A DNA stretch of 64,000 nt from a bacterium (GTDB lineage: Bacteria; Electryoneota; Electryoneia; Electryoneales; Electryoneaceae). Positions 48,785-60,644 of the stretch are shown piece by piece. The translations under genes were made by a program, and so were the position numbers. Location: positions 352,001 through 416,000 of the forward strand of contig OY769902.1 of assembly GCA_963669175.1 (NCBI GenBank), given 5' to 3'. Below the pieces are notes generated by a model. That model ran no database searches, was not told where the DNA came from, and saw only the letters and a program-made list of their open reading frames with translations. Every line of letters begins with the position of its first letter. Within the stretch, counting starts at the first letter, position 1.

Positions 48785-51063
48785 TGAGTGAACGGGATCG
48801 AAAAGAAGAACAGATACGACTTATCCACAACTACGTACAGGAAAGTACAGAGTTGCTGGAAGAGGCCGGTCCTCTTTTAATCGAACTCGAACAGACCGCC
48901 GATACTTCCGGAGAACCGGACCAGGCCCTGCTTGGAAAAATCTTTCGCCTGTTCCACACCATGAAAGGTGGAGCTGGTTACCTGGACCTGCGCCATATCG
49001 TCCGCCTGACTCATGCCGGTGAAACTCTGCTGGATAAGCTGCGGGATGGGCAGTTGACAATAGATCCGGATATGATTGATATCCTGAATCTTGCCCTTGA
49101 TCTGCTGGCGCAGGCATTAACCACTATTGACCAATCTCTCAATGACCAGCCTTTGGCTGAACATCTCGACTCCCTCACCAGGACCATTTTACTGTCGGCT
49201 GGCGAATCCGCAGATTTCAGCAAAGCGGACGCAATCCTCGAAGAAGAAGAGCCGGAATTCACCGTAGACGAAGAACAATCTGAGGAATTCGCGCAGCAGG
49301 CATGTGATATCCTGAATGAAGTGCAGGCGGAAATCGAACATGTACGGCTGCACCCGGACTCATTCATCGAAGACCTGAATATTGCCTTGAGACGCATTCA
49401 TACGCTGGCAGTGACTTCAACCATGTTCCAGTTCCATGACATCGGGCTGGTCAGCGGGGTGATGCGAGATATTCTTACAGATGCCATAGCAAAACACACT
49501 TTGCCAACCCCTGAATTGTCCGGACTTCTGCTGGGGAATATCGGCTTCCTGCGCAAAGCGCTTCAAGCATTAAGATCCGGCCAGGAACCAAAGGTACAGG
49601 GCATTCGTGGACTGGTCACCCTCCTGGTAAACGCAGCGACAAAAGAGGGCTTTGAAATCGAGATGCCCGATTTCACTCCCCCTCAAGCTGTGCCTCAACC
49701 CCAATGCGATGACAAGCCGGATGAACCTTTCGCGGCAGAGGAGATCCCATCGGACCGTGCCAGCCTGAAAGACCAACTGGAAGAGCAACGACAGAATCTC
49801 GAGGCGATCAAACGTGAGATCGGGACCAAAGACGATCCCCAGGATACAACCGTACGGATCAGCGTCAGCAAACTTGAAGAAATGATGGACCTGGTTGAAG
49901 AAATGGTTATCACGGAAGCCATGTTGAATGAAAATCCATATGTCCGTGGCGATGAAACGTCCATACATCATTTCCGGAAGACACTGCGTCATCTGGAGAA
50001 GTTGACTCACAGCCTTCAGGACACTGCAACTTCATTACGTATGGTTCCCCTGAAGGACACCTTCCGTGAAATGTTGCGCCTGGTCCGTGACACCTCACGA
50101 AAAACCGGAAAGAAGACTGAATTAAAGCTTGTCGGTGAACGCACGGAGATCGACAAAGGACTGATCGGTGTCATCCGTGATCCCTTGATTCACCTGTTGC
50201 GAAACGCGATTGATCACGGCCTGGAACCGGCAGAAGAGAGGGCAGCCAAGGGGAAATCGGAAATTGGACATATCACCCTGGAAGCCCAGCATGTCAGCAG
50301 TGATGTCGTCATCCGTGTCAGTGACGATGGACATGGATTGAACCGGGCCAAAATCCTGGCGAAAGCACGAGAAAACGGATTGATCACGGGAACCGGAGCA
50401 GAATTAAGCGATATCGATGTCTGGAAATTGATCATGACCCCGGGATTTTCGACAGCGGATAACATTTCGGAATACTCCGGACGTGGGGTCGGGCTGGATG
50501 TGGTGAAGAAGAAAATTGAAGACGTTCGCGGACGTATCGAAATCTACTCCAAACCGGACAGGGGAACTTCGTTCATCATCCGCGTACCCCTGACTCTGGC
50601 CTTGTTGAAAGGCATCGTGGTCATGGTTGGCGAACAACGCTTCATCATTCCTTTTGTCGGTATTCGCCAGACCCTGAAAGTTCGTGAACAGCAAATCACG
50701 ACCAGTGTCGATGGCCTGAAACTGCTGAGAGTCCGTGAGCAGTTTGTCCCGTTGATGCGACTTAATGACATCCTGCATCTGGAAAGTACGCGCGTTCCGC
50801 TTGAAGCCGGCTATGTCGTTATCATCGAAGACCGGCAAAAACGCTTAGGGTTGTTCGTAGACCGTATAACCGGAAAATTGCAGCTTGTCGTGAAAGGATT
50901 GTCACGTTATCTCGGCGACAGTGTATACCTGGCAGGCACTACCATCATGGGTGATGGAGATGTCTGCCCGATTCTGAATGTCCCGGGCATCATCAACAAG
51001 TATATGCCGGAACAGGGTTCGTTGCATGAAGATCCCGCTGACACTGTACCAGCGGAACGCTGA
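48784..51063 (+). CDS. cheA: Chemotaxis histidine kinase CheA
   Basis: FRLFHTMKG Hpt, HLLRNAIDHGLE, DDGHG, PGFSTA, SGRGVGLDVV, C-terminal CheW-like domain. Confidence 0.95.
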   Translation: MSERDRKEEQIRLIHNYVQESTELLEEAGPLLIELEQTADTSGEPDQALLGKIFRLFHTMKGGAGYLDLRHIVRLTHAGETLLDKLRDGQLTIDPDMIDILNLALDLLAQALTTIDQSLNDQPLAEHLDSLTRTILLSAGESADFSKADAILEEEEPEFTVDEEQSEEFAQQACDILNEVQAEIEHVRLHPDSFIEDLNIALRRIHTLAVTSTMFQFHDIGLVSGVMRDILTDAIAKHTLPTPELSGLLLGNIGFLRKALQALRSGQEPKVQGIRGLVTLLVNAATKEGFEIEMPDFTPPQAVPQPQCDDKPDEPFAAEEIPSDRASLKDQLEEQRQNLEAIKREIGTKDDPQDTTVRISVSKLEEMMDLVEEMVITEAMLNENPYVRGDETSIHHFRKTLRHLEKLTHSLQDTATSLRMVPLKDTFREMLRLVRDTSRKTGKKTELKLVGERTEIDKGLIGVIRDPLIHLLRNAIDHGLEPAEERAAKGKSEIGHITLEAQHVSSDVVIRVSDDGHGLNRAKILAKARENGLITGTGAELSDIDVWKLIMTPGFSTADNISEYSGRGVGLDVVKKKIEDVRGRIEIYSKPDRGTSFIIRVPLTLALLKGIVVMVGEQRFIIPFVGIRQTLKVREQQITTSVDGLKLLRVREQFVPLMRLNDILHLESTRVPLEAGYVVIIEDRQKRLGLFVDRITGKLQLVVKGLSRYLGDSVYLAGTTIMGDGDVCPILNVPGIINKYMPEQGSLHEDPADTVPAER

Positions 51064-51139
51064 TCCAGGGAAGATGTGTGAAAGAGATAACCGCTTGCTG
51101 TCGGAATATCTTTTTTTCCGGACTGAATAGGTAGAAAAG

Positions 51140-51336
51140 GGATATGAAAAAGGGGACTGCCTCTTTTCCCCGGGGCAAAGCATTCCCGCTGTAAACATGT
51201 ATCGGGAATGGTGGCTGTACCCTTTTTCTTGAGAGAAGGCAGGAATTACACGGAAAAGGGGACAGTTTCCTTTTCCACCGGTTCGGCAAGAATGTTCCGT
51301 ATGAGCGCAAGGAAAAGGATCCCGTCCCCTTTTCCC
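51140..51336 (-). repeat. Second copy of the ~200-bp four-palindrome repeat
   Basis: Reverse complement aligns with 26560-26757. Confidence 0.85.
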
Positions 51337-51535
51337 CACAGCCTTATTTTGACGGAACTGATTCGAAGAAGCGATAATTCACGAATCGTGCTTCAATGAG
51401 GTGATAACATAGTGAAGTAGTCTGGCAATGGCTTGTTTACAGGCTGATGGATTGTTGCAAATTGATCGATTGTATGCAAACTGATGGATTTTGTGCAAGC
51501 TCATTGTTGGAGCTCATTGTTGGAGAATAAAACAT

Positions 51536-51647
51536 AGAACCACGGCAGTGGTTCCCTGAATTAGCCCACCGTCCAGCGCCGTCTGTTTGGCGCTCACGGT
51601 GGGAGAAGGATGTACGATTTATTACAACCCCGGCAGCGGGTTGTCTA
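51536..51647 (+). repeat. Triple-hairpin core of the MITE-like family, without recognisable TIRs
   Basis: AGAACCACGGCAGTGGTTCCCTGAATTAGCCCACCGTCCAGCGCCGTCTGTTTGGCGCTCACGGTGGGA...CAACCCCGGCAGCGGGTTG. Confidence 0.85.
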
Positions 51648-51880
51648 TAGTGGGTTTCGAAAACAATGTCATATTCTGTCATCCCCAGCGCAGGCGGGGA
51701 TCTACTCCGTCGGCCGCTCTTGTGAAGGGGAAAATCGCAAATCCTTCATAATGCCGTTAATATAGATAATGAGACATTATTCTCGAGACAACAATATGGC
51801 TAAGTATAGATACCCATATTAACATTTGACTTTGATGCAGTACCGTAAGACACAAGATTGACAAAACGCAGGGAGTATAT

Positions 51881-54415
51881 ATGACGAAGTCAGTTAAAAC
51901 CAGGATATGGCTGTTGTTTGCCGTAGTCGGCCTGCTGGCATTGCTGCAGGCGCCCCTGCATGTTGCAGGCTGGCTGACTGATGGCCCAACGGCAGCAAAT
52001 CCACCAGACGATAGCAATATCAAACCTTTGGTGGAAGAAATCTACCAATCCCTGCAACAGGTAAAAACCGAACTTGACGCTGCACAAAACATTGCCGCAC
52101 AGGAAGACAACACAGCTCCAAACGCAGAATCTTTTAACAATCTGATCACTGTTTTACAAACAACTTTGCCCAAACTGGAAAAAACCGCCAACCCGGAACA
52201 GGAAGCACAAAGCTCCGTTGCTTCACTGCTTGATTCGCTATCCCTTTACGGAACTCAGCTCATTGAAACAGGACCAACAGGCGAAGAAACACCACGTGCA
52301 TACACATACCTGGAAGAAGTAGACGGTCTGTATATCAATTCAATCAACACCATCCGGAACAGACAATCAAACGGAACAACAGCAGGGGTAAATCTCGGCA
52401 TCCTCTTCATGGTACTTGGTGTATTGGTATCACTTCTAACTGTGGCGCTGAGTGTTGTCTTCGCGTTCATTTTAAGCAATAACCTCTACCGTCCCCTGGC
52501 GCGTCTGAAAGAATTTGTTGAGGAGCTGAGCGAAGGCAAACGTGATACGGCGCCAGAAATCGACCGTAATGATGAGCTTGGCGCCCTGGCGGATGAACTC
52601 GATGATCTCCGCTCAAAAATGGCTTCTTGGGAGAAAGCAGTTCGAAAGGAATTGCAGCGTCATGAAGCGCTGGCCAACGAGATGACCAGGGTCGCCAACC
52701 AGGTGCTTGACGGCATTCTTTCCGACCGCATTGATTTTGAGGGTATCAACGGTGTGTATGCGGAGATGGCCAATACGTGGAACAGTGCGCTTGGCATGGT
52801 CCAGCTACCGTTGCAGGTATCCATTGACTTCCTCGACAGTCTTGCCCAGGGACAGTATCCCACACCGATTGAGGATGAATTCCCGGGTGAGTTTGATTCG
52901 CTGAAAGAAGTTGCCCTGCGCCTCGATCATGTGTTCAGAGAATATTTCCAGTATACGACTGCAGTCGTTGAAGCTGCCGGCAGAGGTGAGCTGAGAAACA
53001 CTGATGAACTCCCTGAATTCCATGGGGTGTATGGCGAAACGGCAGAAACTATTGTAAAGGTTTTCAACGACCACAGTCAAAAAATCGAATTGATTACCGG
53101 GCAATTGGAAAAGCTGGGTTCAGGTGTCATGCCACGCGAGTTGGCAGAAGAATGTCCCGGTGAATGGGCAAGCCTGAAACAGGCCATGCAGCAGTGTATT
53201 TTCATTATTGATGCCATGGTGGGAGAAACGATTGTACTGGTACACCAGGTCGTAGATGGCAATCTTGAAATCAGGGCTGATACCGAGCGTTTTCAGGGTG
53301 ACTATCGGAATATCCTGGATGGATTGAACCGGATACTTGACAGCTTTTCCACCCCGCACCGTGAATTGAGTGAAGTCCTTGAATCCATGTCCAAGGGCAA
53401 TCTCACCACCATGATGACCGGCGATTACAAGGGTGACCATGCCCTGATCGCGAATACCATGAACCGTACGCTGAAATTCAGCAGAAGAATACTGAACCAG
53501 ATTGGCGCTGCTTCGGGGCAAATCTCTTCTACAGCGACTCAGCTTGCCGGCACCAGCCAGCTACTTTCCCAGGGGGCAACAAACCAGGCCAGTTCCTTGC
53601 AGGAAGTGTCTGTCACTCTTGCGGAAGTGTCGCAGCAGACAAAGAAGAACTCGGACAATGCAGTTCAGGCCAGGTCGCTTGTCGAAGAAACCAGTCAGAA
53701 CGCTGACCGTGGCAACGAACACATGCGTAAAATGATGCAATCCATGAGCGAGATTTCAAAGGCCGCGCGTTCTATTTCAAAGATTATCCGCGTCATTGAC
53801 GAAATTGCTTTCCAGACCAACCTGCTTGCCTTGAACGCCGCTGTTGAAGCGGCACATGCGGGAAAACACGGGAAAGGGTTTGCCGTCGTTGCTGATGAAG
53901 TCCGCAACCTGGCACAACGTAGCGCGGACGCCGCCAAGGAAACGGCTGCCATGATCGAAAACACCATTCGCAGTGTGCAGAGTGGCACCCTGGTAGCCAC
54001 CCAGACAGCCGAAGTGTTGAACCAGATTGTGGATAAGGTCACATCGGTAAATGAGAGAATTGCGGATATCACACTGGCATCTCAGGGACAGGCAGCCAGC
54101 ATCGACCAGGTAAAGGAAACCCTGTATTCCATTGAAGGTGTCACCCAGGGCAATGTAGAAAGCGCCCAGATTGCGGCCGCATCTTCAGAAGAATTATCAG
54201 GACAGGCTTTGGAACTGGAAAACACGTTCAGAATATTCCGGCTGGATAAGACAGAAGTAAAAAGCCCGAAATCAGGCGAAGTGAAAAAGGTAGAAAAGCC
54301 GATAAAAAAACCTGTTACCGAGGATTATTACCCTGTTATTAACGATTTTGCAGACGATTCTTCACTCCCGAAACAGCCGGATATTCCCCCGGATCTGGAT
54401 ATGGGAACATTTTAA
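51881..54415 (+). CDS. Methyl-accepting chemotaxis protein with poly-HAMP region
   Basis: Two TMs, [48 protein letters not shown]. Confidence 0.93.
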   Translation: MTKSVKTRIWLLFAVVGLLALLQAPLHVAGWLTDGPTAANPPDDSNIKPLVEEIYQSLQQVKTELDAAQNIAAQEDNTAPNAESFNNLITVLQTTLPKLEKTANPEQEAQSSVASLLDSLSLYGTQLIETGPTGEETPRAYTYLEEVDGLYINSINTIRNRQSNGTTAGVNLGILFMVLGVLVSLLTVALSVVFAFILSNNLYRPLARLKEFVEELSEGKRDTAPEIDRNDELGALADELDDLRSKMASWEKAVRKELQRHEALANEMTRVANQVLDGILSDRIDFEGINGVYAEMANTWNSALGMVQLPLQVSIDFLDSLAQGQYPTPIEDEFPGEFDSLKEVALRLDHVFREYFQYTTAVVEAAGRGELRNTDELPEFHGVYGETAETIVKVFNDHSQKIELITGQLEKLGSGVMPRELAEECPGEWASLKQAMQQCIFIIDAMVGETIVLVHQVVDGNLEIRADTERFQGDYRNILDGLNRILDSFSTPHRELSEVLESMSKGNLTTMMTGDYKGDHALIANTMNRTLKFSRRILNQIGAASGQISSTATQLAGTSQLLSQGATNQASSLQEVSVTLAEVSQQTKKNSDNAVQARSLVEETSQNADRGNEHMRKMMQSMSEISKAARSISKIIRVIDEIAFQTNLLALNAAVEAAHAGKHGKGFAVVADEVRNLAQRSADAAKETAAMIENTIRSVQSGTLVATQTAEVLNQIVDKVTSVNERIADITLASQGQAASIDQVKETLYSIEGVTQGNVESAQIAAASSEELSGQALELENTFRIFRLDKTEVKSPKSGEVKKVEKPIKKPVTEDYYPVINDFADDSSLPKQPDIPPDLDMGTF

Positions 54416-57186
54416 CCCTGTGAAGGCGCATCCGTCTGGGGCAGGTCATGTATCATTTCAAGCAGAATATTGGGACGATATGGCTTTTCCAGGAATTGAA
54501 CATGAGGCAGGTTGGCATAGTACATCTTTACTTCATCTACGGATAGGCCAGTTGTGATTATAACTGGTGTATCCGTCTGATTGCGTATCAATTCAACAGT
54601 CTGGTTCTCTCCCAGCAGTTTTTCATCGGTCAGGTCCACCAGTACCAGTCCGTATTTTGATTTATCCACGACCATCATTTCCAGAGCTTTTTCACAGGAA
54701 TCTACATCTACGACTGAATACCCGGCTTTGACCAGGATTCTTTTTGCCAGGGTTCGCATGGAATTATCTTTATCGACAACAAGAATTCGCATCGCTGTTG
54801 CAGCATCATCTTTACGCTGTAGCGATTTTTCCTGGTTGACAATTCCTGAAGATGGCAGGAATACCGTAAACCTGCTTCCTTTCCCCGGCTTGCTTGAAAC
54901 CTTTATTGCCCCATTATGCCCTTTCACGATGCCCAGCGTAGCTGCCAGACCAAGCCCTCTGCCGGTAAATTTGGTAGAGAAGAAAGGATCATACATTTTT
55001 GTAACGATATCTGCATTCATACCTACACCAGAATCGTCAATTTCGATGAACAGGTAATTTCCTTCCACGCAGTCTTTCCCCACAGTTAAACCATAGAAGA
55101 ATGATCTCGCACAGTAAAGCATGCCGGTTGTGATGGATATCGTTCCTTCCCGGTTTTCCAGCGCCTCGGAAGCGTTAATCAGCAGGTTCATTACCACCTG
55201 GCGAATCTGCCCGGTATCGCCTTTGACCATTTCCAACAAATCAGGCAGCATGAATTTCAACCTTGCCTTCGGCGAGATAAGGGTCCGAATCATATCTTCC
55301 ATTTCATGCACCAACCCCGACACATCGAAGAATTCCACAATAAACTTGCCGTGCCCGGAATATGCCAGCATCTGCCTGGTCAACTCCGCAGCGCGTTCTG
55401 CGGCAGTTTCAATTTGTTCCACGGCTGATCTTGCCGGATGATCAACCGGCAAATCCATCAACGCAAGCCCTGCATTACCTAATACACCTGCCAACAGGTT
55501 ATTAAAATCGTGGGCAACTCCGCCTGCAAGCAGGGATAAGCTTTCGAGTCTTTGCGCTTCACGGAATTTTGCTTCAAGCTGTAACCGTTGCTCTTCCGCC
55601 TTTTTTCGTTCAGTGATATCCCTTCCCCGCATAGCCAGACGAGTTACATTGCCCTCTTTATCCAGAATGGGATAAACCATGGTTTCAAACCATGCCTTTT
55701 CATGTGGATTTTCAGCTATCACAGGTTTTTTAGTCCGGTAGGCCATCGCAACATTCTTTTTACGCGGAGCAGCCACATTATCAGGCATGATATCCCACAG
55801 GCATTCTCCGATAGCCTTTTGCCTGGACATTTCCATCAAGTGGGAAGAAGGTTCATTCATATCCAGAATTGTCCCATCTTCATTGATCAATGTGATGACA
55901 TCAGAGGTGGCATTCAGCAATACTCTTGCTGTGGCCTCGCTTTCTTTAAGAGCATGCTCTGCCTTTTTTCTGGCCGTAATATCAACGATCACTCCCAGCG
56001 CCAGTTCAGGTTGCCCTGTAGCATTTGATATTGCCGTGTCGGTTAAATCAACCCACAGAATTGATCCGTCTTTATGGATATAGCGTTTCTCTATTCTTGC
56101 TGTTTCGGTTTCTCCTGTAGCGAGGGTGTTCAACAGTTTCCGTGTCTTTTGTATATCATCGGGATGTGTTACATCGGTGATCTTCATGCCAACAAGTTCT
56201 TCGCTGCTACGTCCAAGCATTTGCACAAGAGCGGTATTCACATCCTTGTATTGTCCAGCCATATTGATCAGGTGCATGCCTGCTGCCGACGTTCTGAACA
56301 TGGCACGATGCCTGGCTTCACTCTCACGCAGCACATCCTCAACATGCCTGCGAAAAGTCACATCCAGCGCCATGGTAAGAAAAGCGGGTTGATCATTGTA
56401 TTCTATAATTCGGGAATACACACTAACCATCATTTCTTTGCCGCATTTGGTCTTCATCGGTAAATCCATGCCTTCTACAGACCCGCCTGCCTGAATGGCT
56501 ATGCGCACTTTGTTACGGTCTTCTTCGTTGAGCAGGATATCATTCAAGTGGAGAGAAAAAATGTCATCTTCAGTATACCCCAACTGGTCCAGTCCAGTAG
56601 AATTCATCAGGAGAACTTTGCCCTGAACATCGCTGATGGTGATGGCAACCGGGGCATTTTCTATGATGCTGTTCGAAAGGTGAGTGGATTGACGCTCCCT
56701 GCTGCGCGCCTCAATGAGATCAGAAACATCTATCCATTGACTGATATAGTAGGCAGCTTCCTGGCTATCATCCCTGACGATATGTGTCCGGTTCGTAACC
56801 CAGGCAAATGTCCCGTCAATGCGTTTTATCTTGATAGGAGGCTGCTCAAATAATCGTTCCCCTCTCGAAGTAAAATCACGGACTTCTGCTATAAACATTT
56901 CCAGCTCTTCCTGGTCGAACAAGTCCGTGAGACGAATTTCGCCGGAAGTAATCTGGCTGGCATGATAGCCAATCAAATGGTAGATATTTCTGGAAACAAA
57001 AGTCGGCGGAAGTTCTCGCTTGTTTGCCCAACGGATGAAGACAACTTTGCCCGCAAGGAAAACATCAACAATTTCACGTATTTCTTCCTGACTAAGCGCT
57101 TTTATCCCATCAAGGGCATTCTCGTCACTGGAAGGTTCCGTGTCTTTTCCTGAATCATGGGAATGCTTGGCTGAGGAAGATTCCAT
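54412..57186 (-). CDS. Multi-PAS hybrid sensor histidine kinase with C-terminal receiver
   Basis: Four PAS repeats, [26 protein letters not shown], receiver ILVVDKD...LVD...LEKPY. Confidence 0.92.
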   Translation of the reverse strand: MESSSAKHSHDSGKDTEPSSDENALDGIKALSQEEIREIVDVFLAGKVVFIRWANKRELPPTFVSRNIYHLIGYHASQITSGEIRLTDLFDQEELEMFIAEVRDFTSRGERLFEQPPIKIKRIDGTFAWVTNRTHIVRDDSQEAAYYISQWIDVSDLIEARSRERQSTHLSNSIIENAPVAITISDVQGKVLLMNSTGLDQLGYTEDDIFSLHLNDILLNEEDRNKVRIAIQAGGSVEGMDLPMKTKCGKEMMVSVYSRIIEYNDQPAFLTMALDVTFRRHVEDVLRESEARHRAMFRTSAAGMHLINMAGQYKDVNTALVQMLGRSSEELVGMKITDVTHPDDIQKTRKLLNTLATGETETARIEKRYIHKDGSILWVDLTDTAISNATGQPELALGVIVDITARKKAEHALKESEATARVLLNATSDVITLINEDGTILDMNEPSSHLMEMSRQKAIGECLWDIMPDNVAAPRKKNVAMAYRTKKPVIAENPHEKAWFETMVYPILDKEGNVTRLAMRGRDITERKKAEEQRLQLEAKFREAQRLESLSLLAGGVAHDFNNLLAGVLGNAGLALMDLPVDHPARSAVEQIETAAERAAELTRQMLAYSGHGKFIVEFFDVSGLVHEMEDMIRTLISPKARLKFMLPDLLEMVKGDTGQIRQVVMNLLINASEALENREGTISITTGMLYCARSFFYGLTVGKDCVEGNYLFIEIDDSGVGMNADIVTKMYDPFFSTKFTGRGLGLAATLGIVKGHNGAIKVSSKPGKGSRFTVFLPSSGIVNQEKSLQRKDDAATAMRILVVDKDNSMRTLAKRILVKAGYSVVDVDSCEKALEMMVVDKSKYGLVLVDLTDEKLLGENQTVELIRNQTDTPVIITTGLSVDEVKMYYANLPHVQFLEKPYRPNILLEMIHDLPQTDAPSQG

Positions 57187-57402
57187 TTGCCTCCACCTGT
57201 ATGGCTATACATAATGGTCGTCTGCTGGCAAATCGAGAAGAATCGCTGGTTTATAAGTGTAGTATTTACTCCTGCTTTTTCCAAGCAACAAAGGAATATC
57301 CTGACTGGAGACGAGCACGAGGCGAACGATTTACAGCTTGGTACACGTTGATTGCTTTCAACATTCAATTGACTGACTTTGCCCCTTGTCGTACTTTTCG
57401 AT

Positions 57403-58212
57403 ATGCGAATGACTACATACATAGCGGTTGTTCTGGCGTTTCTGGCCATCAACCTGCCCGTCGTTGCTCAAACCCTGTTTGATGCAGCAACCGGCGACCA
57501 GTTGATCATCGCACGTTCGTTGCTGGAAGCGGGTGTTGACCCCAATTGTCTGAATGAAATGGGCGAAACACCTCTGTTCGCCGCAGCACGCAATAACTCC
57601 CCAAAAGTCACCGTTCTGCTGATCAAATCAGGGGGGAAGGTTTCCTGTACGGATCGGTTTGGCAATACTCCGCTGCATGTGGCTGCTGAACATAACTCGC
57701 TTCATGTTGCCAAATTGCTGGTTAAACATGGCGCAGATGTCTCTCTTGCCAATCATCGGGGCATAACCGCTCTCGATATAGCGCAGGGTACGCATAGCGG
57801 TCAACGAGGAGCCGCGTTGGAGATTTTCCTGCTGGACCATATGCCGGCCAAGACTGCGACCCAAAAACCGGAAGAGGATAAAAAGGAAGCGAAAAAACCG
57901 GAGAGAAAATCAACGGTCACACCTGATTCAACATCAGCGAAACCGTCCCATTCGACAACAACCACAAAGCCAGCAAAAACGTCTGCAACACCGTCTGATT
58001 CCACATCGGCCGCAGCACCCGATGCAGCAACTTCCCAAACACCAGATTCAACATCTGCCACATCGCCTGATACGACTTCTATCACCACACCCGATACGAT
58101 ATCAACAGTGATTCCCGATTCAACGATGGCGCCTCTTCCTGATACAACTTCTACGCAAGCTCCCGATTCGACAGCAACTGTCAAAACCGATTCAACCACT
58201 TCCGGCACCTAG
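57403..58212 (+). CDS. Secreted ankyrin-repeat protein with Ser/Thr/Pro/Asp-rich tail
   Basis: Signal peptide; GETPLFAAA, GNTPLHVAA, GITALDIA; repeated PD(S/T)T units. Confidence 0.85.
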   Translation: MRMTTYIAVVLAFLAINLPVVAQTLFDAATGDQLIIARSLLEAGVDPNCLNEMGETPLFAAARNNSPKVTVLLIKSGGKVSCTDRFGNTPLHVAAEHNSLHVAKLLVKHGADVSLANHRGITALDIAQGTHSGQRGAALEIFLLDHMPAKTATQKPEEDKKEAKKPERKSTVTPDSTSAKPSHSTTTTKPAKTSATPSDSTSAAAPDAATSQTPDSTSATSPDTTSITTPDTISTVIPDSTMAPLPDTTSTQAPDSTATVKTDSTTSGT

Positions 58213-58233
58213 AAAACCGTGTAAAAAAACAGG

Positions 58234-58765
58234 CTAACCCGGATATTTCACCAGTGCAATTTCAGATGTGGTATTTGATGGAATGACTAGCCCGAATATT
58301 TCACCAATGCAATTTCAAATATGGTATTTGATGGAAAGGCCAGTACAAGAACCACGGCAGTGGTTCCCTGAATTAGCCCACCGTCCAGCGCCGTCTGTTT
58401 GGCGCTCACGGTGGGAATAGGGTGTACGCTACTTGCCAACCCCGGCAGCGGGTTGCCTAGACATTATCGCCGTATACTTGTGATTATTATCAGGTTACTC
58501 CTTCCGGAGTAAATATGTAGTGCGCATTATCTCCCAGGGTAGCCGCCAAACTGACGGCGGCAGCCCTGGGCTAATACAGGTTGCCCCTGCCGGGGCGATT
58601 GCCGATACTCAGCCTCAGTTGGCCAGCGAAACAGGGAATAGACACGCAAAGGGATATCGGAGCAAACTGTATCCTGAAAAATGCTGTGTAAATCAGTTGT
58701 GTTGTGCTGATATAAACTGTGTTAAGATGATTATTCATGTTTCGTTCATGAAATATTCAGGCTAA
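58234..58765. mobile_element. MITE-like element with tandemly duplicated left end
   Basis: Left TIRs at 58234 and 58287 (53-bp duplication), core ~58348-58460, right TIR TCATGAAATATTCAGGCTAA 58746-58765. Confidence 0.7.
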
Positions 58766-59682
58766 ATCCCTATCCATTCCATTTCTAGCTGATCCTTCGG
58801 CAGATCCCCGATCATCAGCGCCAGGTCTCCTCCCCCGGCCCCGGTCGGTTTCGCACGACCGCCATGTTTTCGCGCCCACTCTTCAAGCTCAAAATGTGTA
58901 TCTGTCTTATATGGGATGCCCGCTTCGACTGCACAGTGGGTCATCAGGCTGTCAAAACGGTCAAGCGCGGCAAATAACTCTTCCTGAGAACTCCTGTACC
59001 ATAATGGCGCCAAAGTGTTAGCCGAATCCATCCATTCCTGAAACAGTTTATCCCTATTCTCACTGGCTTCCCTGATCCAGGCTTGAAACGGCTTCACCAG
59101 TTCTCTCGTGTTTGCCGGTTGTCCGGTCCAGACCAGCCACATTTGCGTCTGCTGTTCTTGTGGCGCCTGGAAAGGCGTGAGGAGGTATTTTCCCGGCCCG
59201 AAGAAACGGTACTCGATAGGTCCGGCAGATGCGCAGGCAGCCACATCTGCACCGCTGCCAAGTCCACCCTGCGCTTCCCAATGTGCTGTCATGGCATAAC
59301 CAAGGATTGCGCTTCGATTCCGTTCAACATCCAGCCCCGCACGTTTGAACCGTAGCGTCACCACCCCCACAGCTTCCGCTGCCGAAGATCCCAGTCCCAG
59401 TTTTTTAAGATTCCCTTCTGCATCCTTTGCCTGGAATTCGCAGCGATCAATGGCAACATGTGGAATACCAAACTGAGGTTCGTATCCGGAAAGTTCCTGG
59501 ATCGGAATGGTACGCGCCAGTTCAACAGGCGGCGGATAGGCGAATTCTGGCGGGTCGGTTGTTTCCGTAACGTGTAAATAGCGCTGTACCCGGGTCAGGA
59601 CAGAGGTTGCCCCATAGAGCACCGCATACTCGCCGGAGAGCATGACTTTGCCGGGAATGGATACGGAACAGGGAGAATTCAC
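58762..59682 (-). CDS. Phosphomevalonate kinase-like GHMP kinase
   Basis: PGKVMLSGEY, KLGLGSSAA, GSGADVAA, KPTGAGGGD; last gene of mevalonate operon. Confidence 0.8.
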   Translation of the reverse strand: MNSPCSVSIPGKVMLSGEYAVLYGATSVLTRVQRYLHVTETTDPPEFAYPPPVELARTIPIQELSGYEPQFGIPHVAIDRCEFQAKDAEGNLKKLGLGSSAAEAVGVVTLRFKRAGLDVERNRSAILGYAMTAHWEAQGGLGSGADVAACASAGPIEYRFFGPGKYLLTPFQAPQEQQTQMWLVWTGQPANTRELVKPFQAWIREASENRDKLFQEWMDSANTLAPLWYRSSQEELFAALDRFDSLMTHCAVEAGIPYKTDTHFELEEWARKHGGRAKPTGAGGGDLALMIGDLPKDQLEMEWIGI

Positions 59683-60644
59683 TTCACAATCTCCGCACCA
59701 CCGGCCGGTTTCCCGATGAATACAGTCTCTACTCCGGCAATTGCACGTGTACGTTCTGCTACAGCATCAAGGTCTTTCAGCCTGCATAACAGGGCGACAT
59801 GAGGACCGGCGTCGATTGTGGCGTATGCTTCAAGCCCATCTGCCCGCCACTCCCGTACCGCATGCAGAAGGTCAACCGTAGTCCCGGTCCAGTAAACCAG
59901 GGCGGGACGAGTGGCGATCATGCAGGCATGCATGGCGGTTGCGCTTGCTTCGGTCAGCTCCCCGATCCGGGTGAAATCCATAGCGGACACGGCTTCAAGC
60001 ATATCCTTATAGTCGTGTTTTGTCCGGCTTACCCAAGCAGCATAGTATGGCGAGGTCGAACGCGAACGCTGCATCCCCTCGGTGGATCCAACCTTCTTCT
60101 GCGCTGCTTTTACCACCGCCACTGCCATACCCCAGGGCACTTTTTCGGCAGGAAGCAGAATACGAGCGCCAGGATCATTTGTTGGGGGGAGCGCCGCCAA
60201 TCCGCCGGGAATGGAACGAGCCGCCGAACCGCTGCCGCGCCGTGCCAGTTTCGACAGCAGGGAACGCCGGATCGGTTTTTCCGACACACCAGCCATTGCC
60301 TGGGTCAACGCTGCAAATCCGGACGCGCTGGACGCCAGCCCGGCCCCGGTCGGGAATACATTCCGGCTATGAACCTCAAAAGTGCCCTTTAACAACCCCT
60401 GCCCACGCCACAGATCCAGGAATCGCTTCAACCGGGCTGCGGTTTTGCTGTCTGTCTCGGCATCGTTGAGATAAAAACGGTCATCCCCCTCAGGAAGAGG
60501 AATGACCGTTGTTTCTGTCTTCAACGCATCCAGCGCCAATGAGATGGAAGGAGTAGCCGGGACATTGCCGGGCAGGTCGCGTTTTCCCCAATATTTGATC
60601 AGGGCGATATTTGCGAATGCCCGTGCGGTGATCCCATCACTCAC
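59679..60644 (-). CDS. mvaD: Diphosphomevalonate decarboxylase
   Basis: NIALIKYWGK, GLASSASGFAAL, RRGSGSAARS, STEGM, TIDAGPHV. Confidence 0.95.
   Translation of the reverse strand: MSDGITARAFANIALIKYWGKRDLPGNVPATPSISLALDALKTETTVIPLPEGDDRFYLNDAETDSKTAARLKRFLDLWRGQGLLKGTFEVHSRNVFPTGAGLASSASGFAALTQAMAGVSEKPIRRSLLSKLARRGSGSAARSIPGGLAALPPTNDPGARILLPAEKVPWGMAVAVVKAAQKKVGSTEGMQRSRSTSPYYAAWVSRTKHDYKDMLEAVSAMDFTRIGELTEASATAMHACMIATRPALVYWTGTTVDLLHAVREWRADGLEAYATIDAGPHVALLCRLKDLDAVAERTRAIAGVETVFIGKPAGGAEIVK

Noticed and set aside
50902-51339. Similar small ORFs at 26368-26816 and 50902-51339 (GKRGRDPFP..., RKRVQPPFP...) as a protein family
   Set aside because: Similarity appears in several frames and is explained by the non-coding palindromic repeat
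51498-51525. 13-bp tandem duplication AGCTCATTGTTGG x2
   Set aside because: Isolated slippage-type duplication with no further structure
54412-54800. Pseudo-receiver domain in the second hybrid kinase
   Set aside because: Only one acidic-pocket residue is changed (VVDKD); the phosphoacceptor Asp, Thr and Lys appear retained
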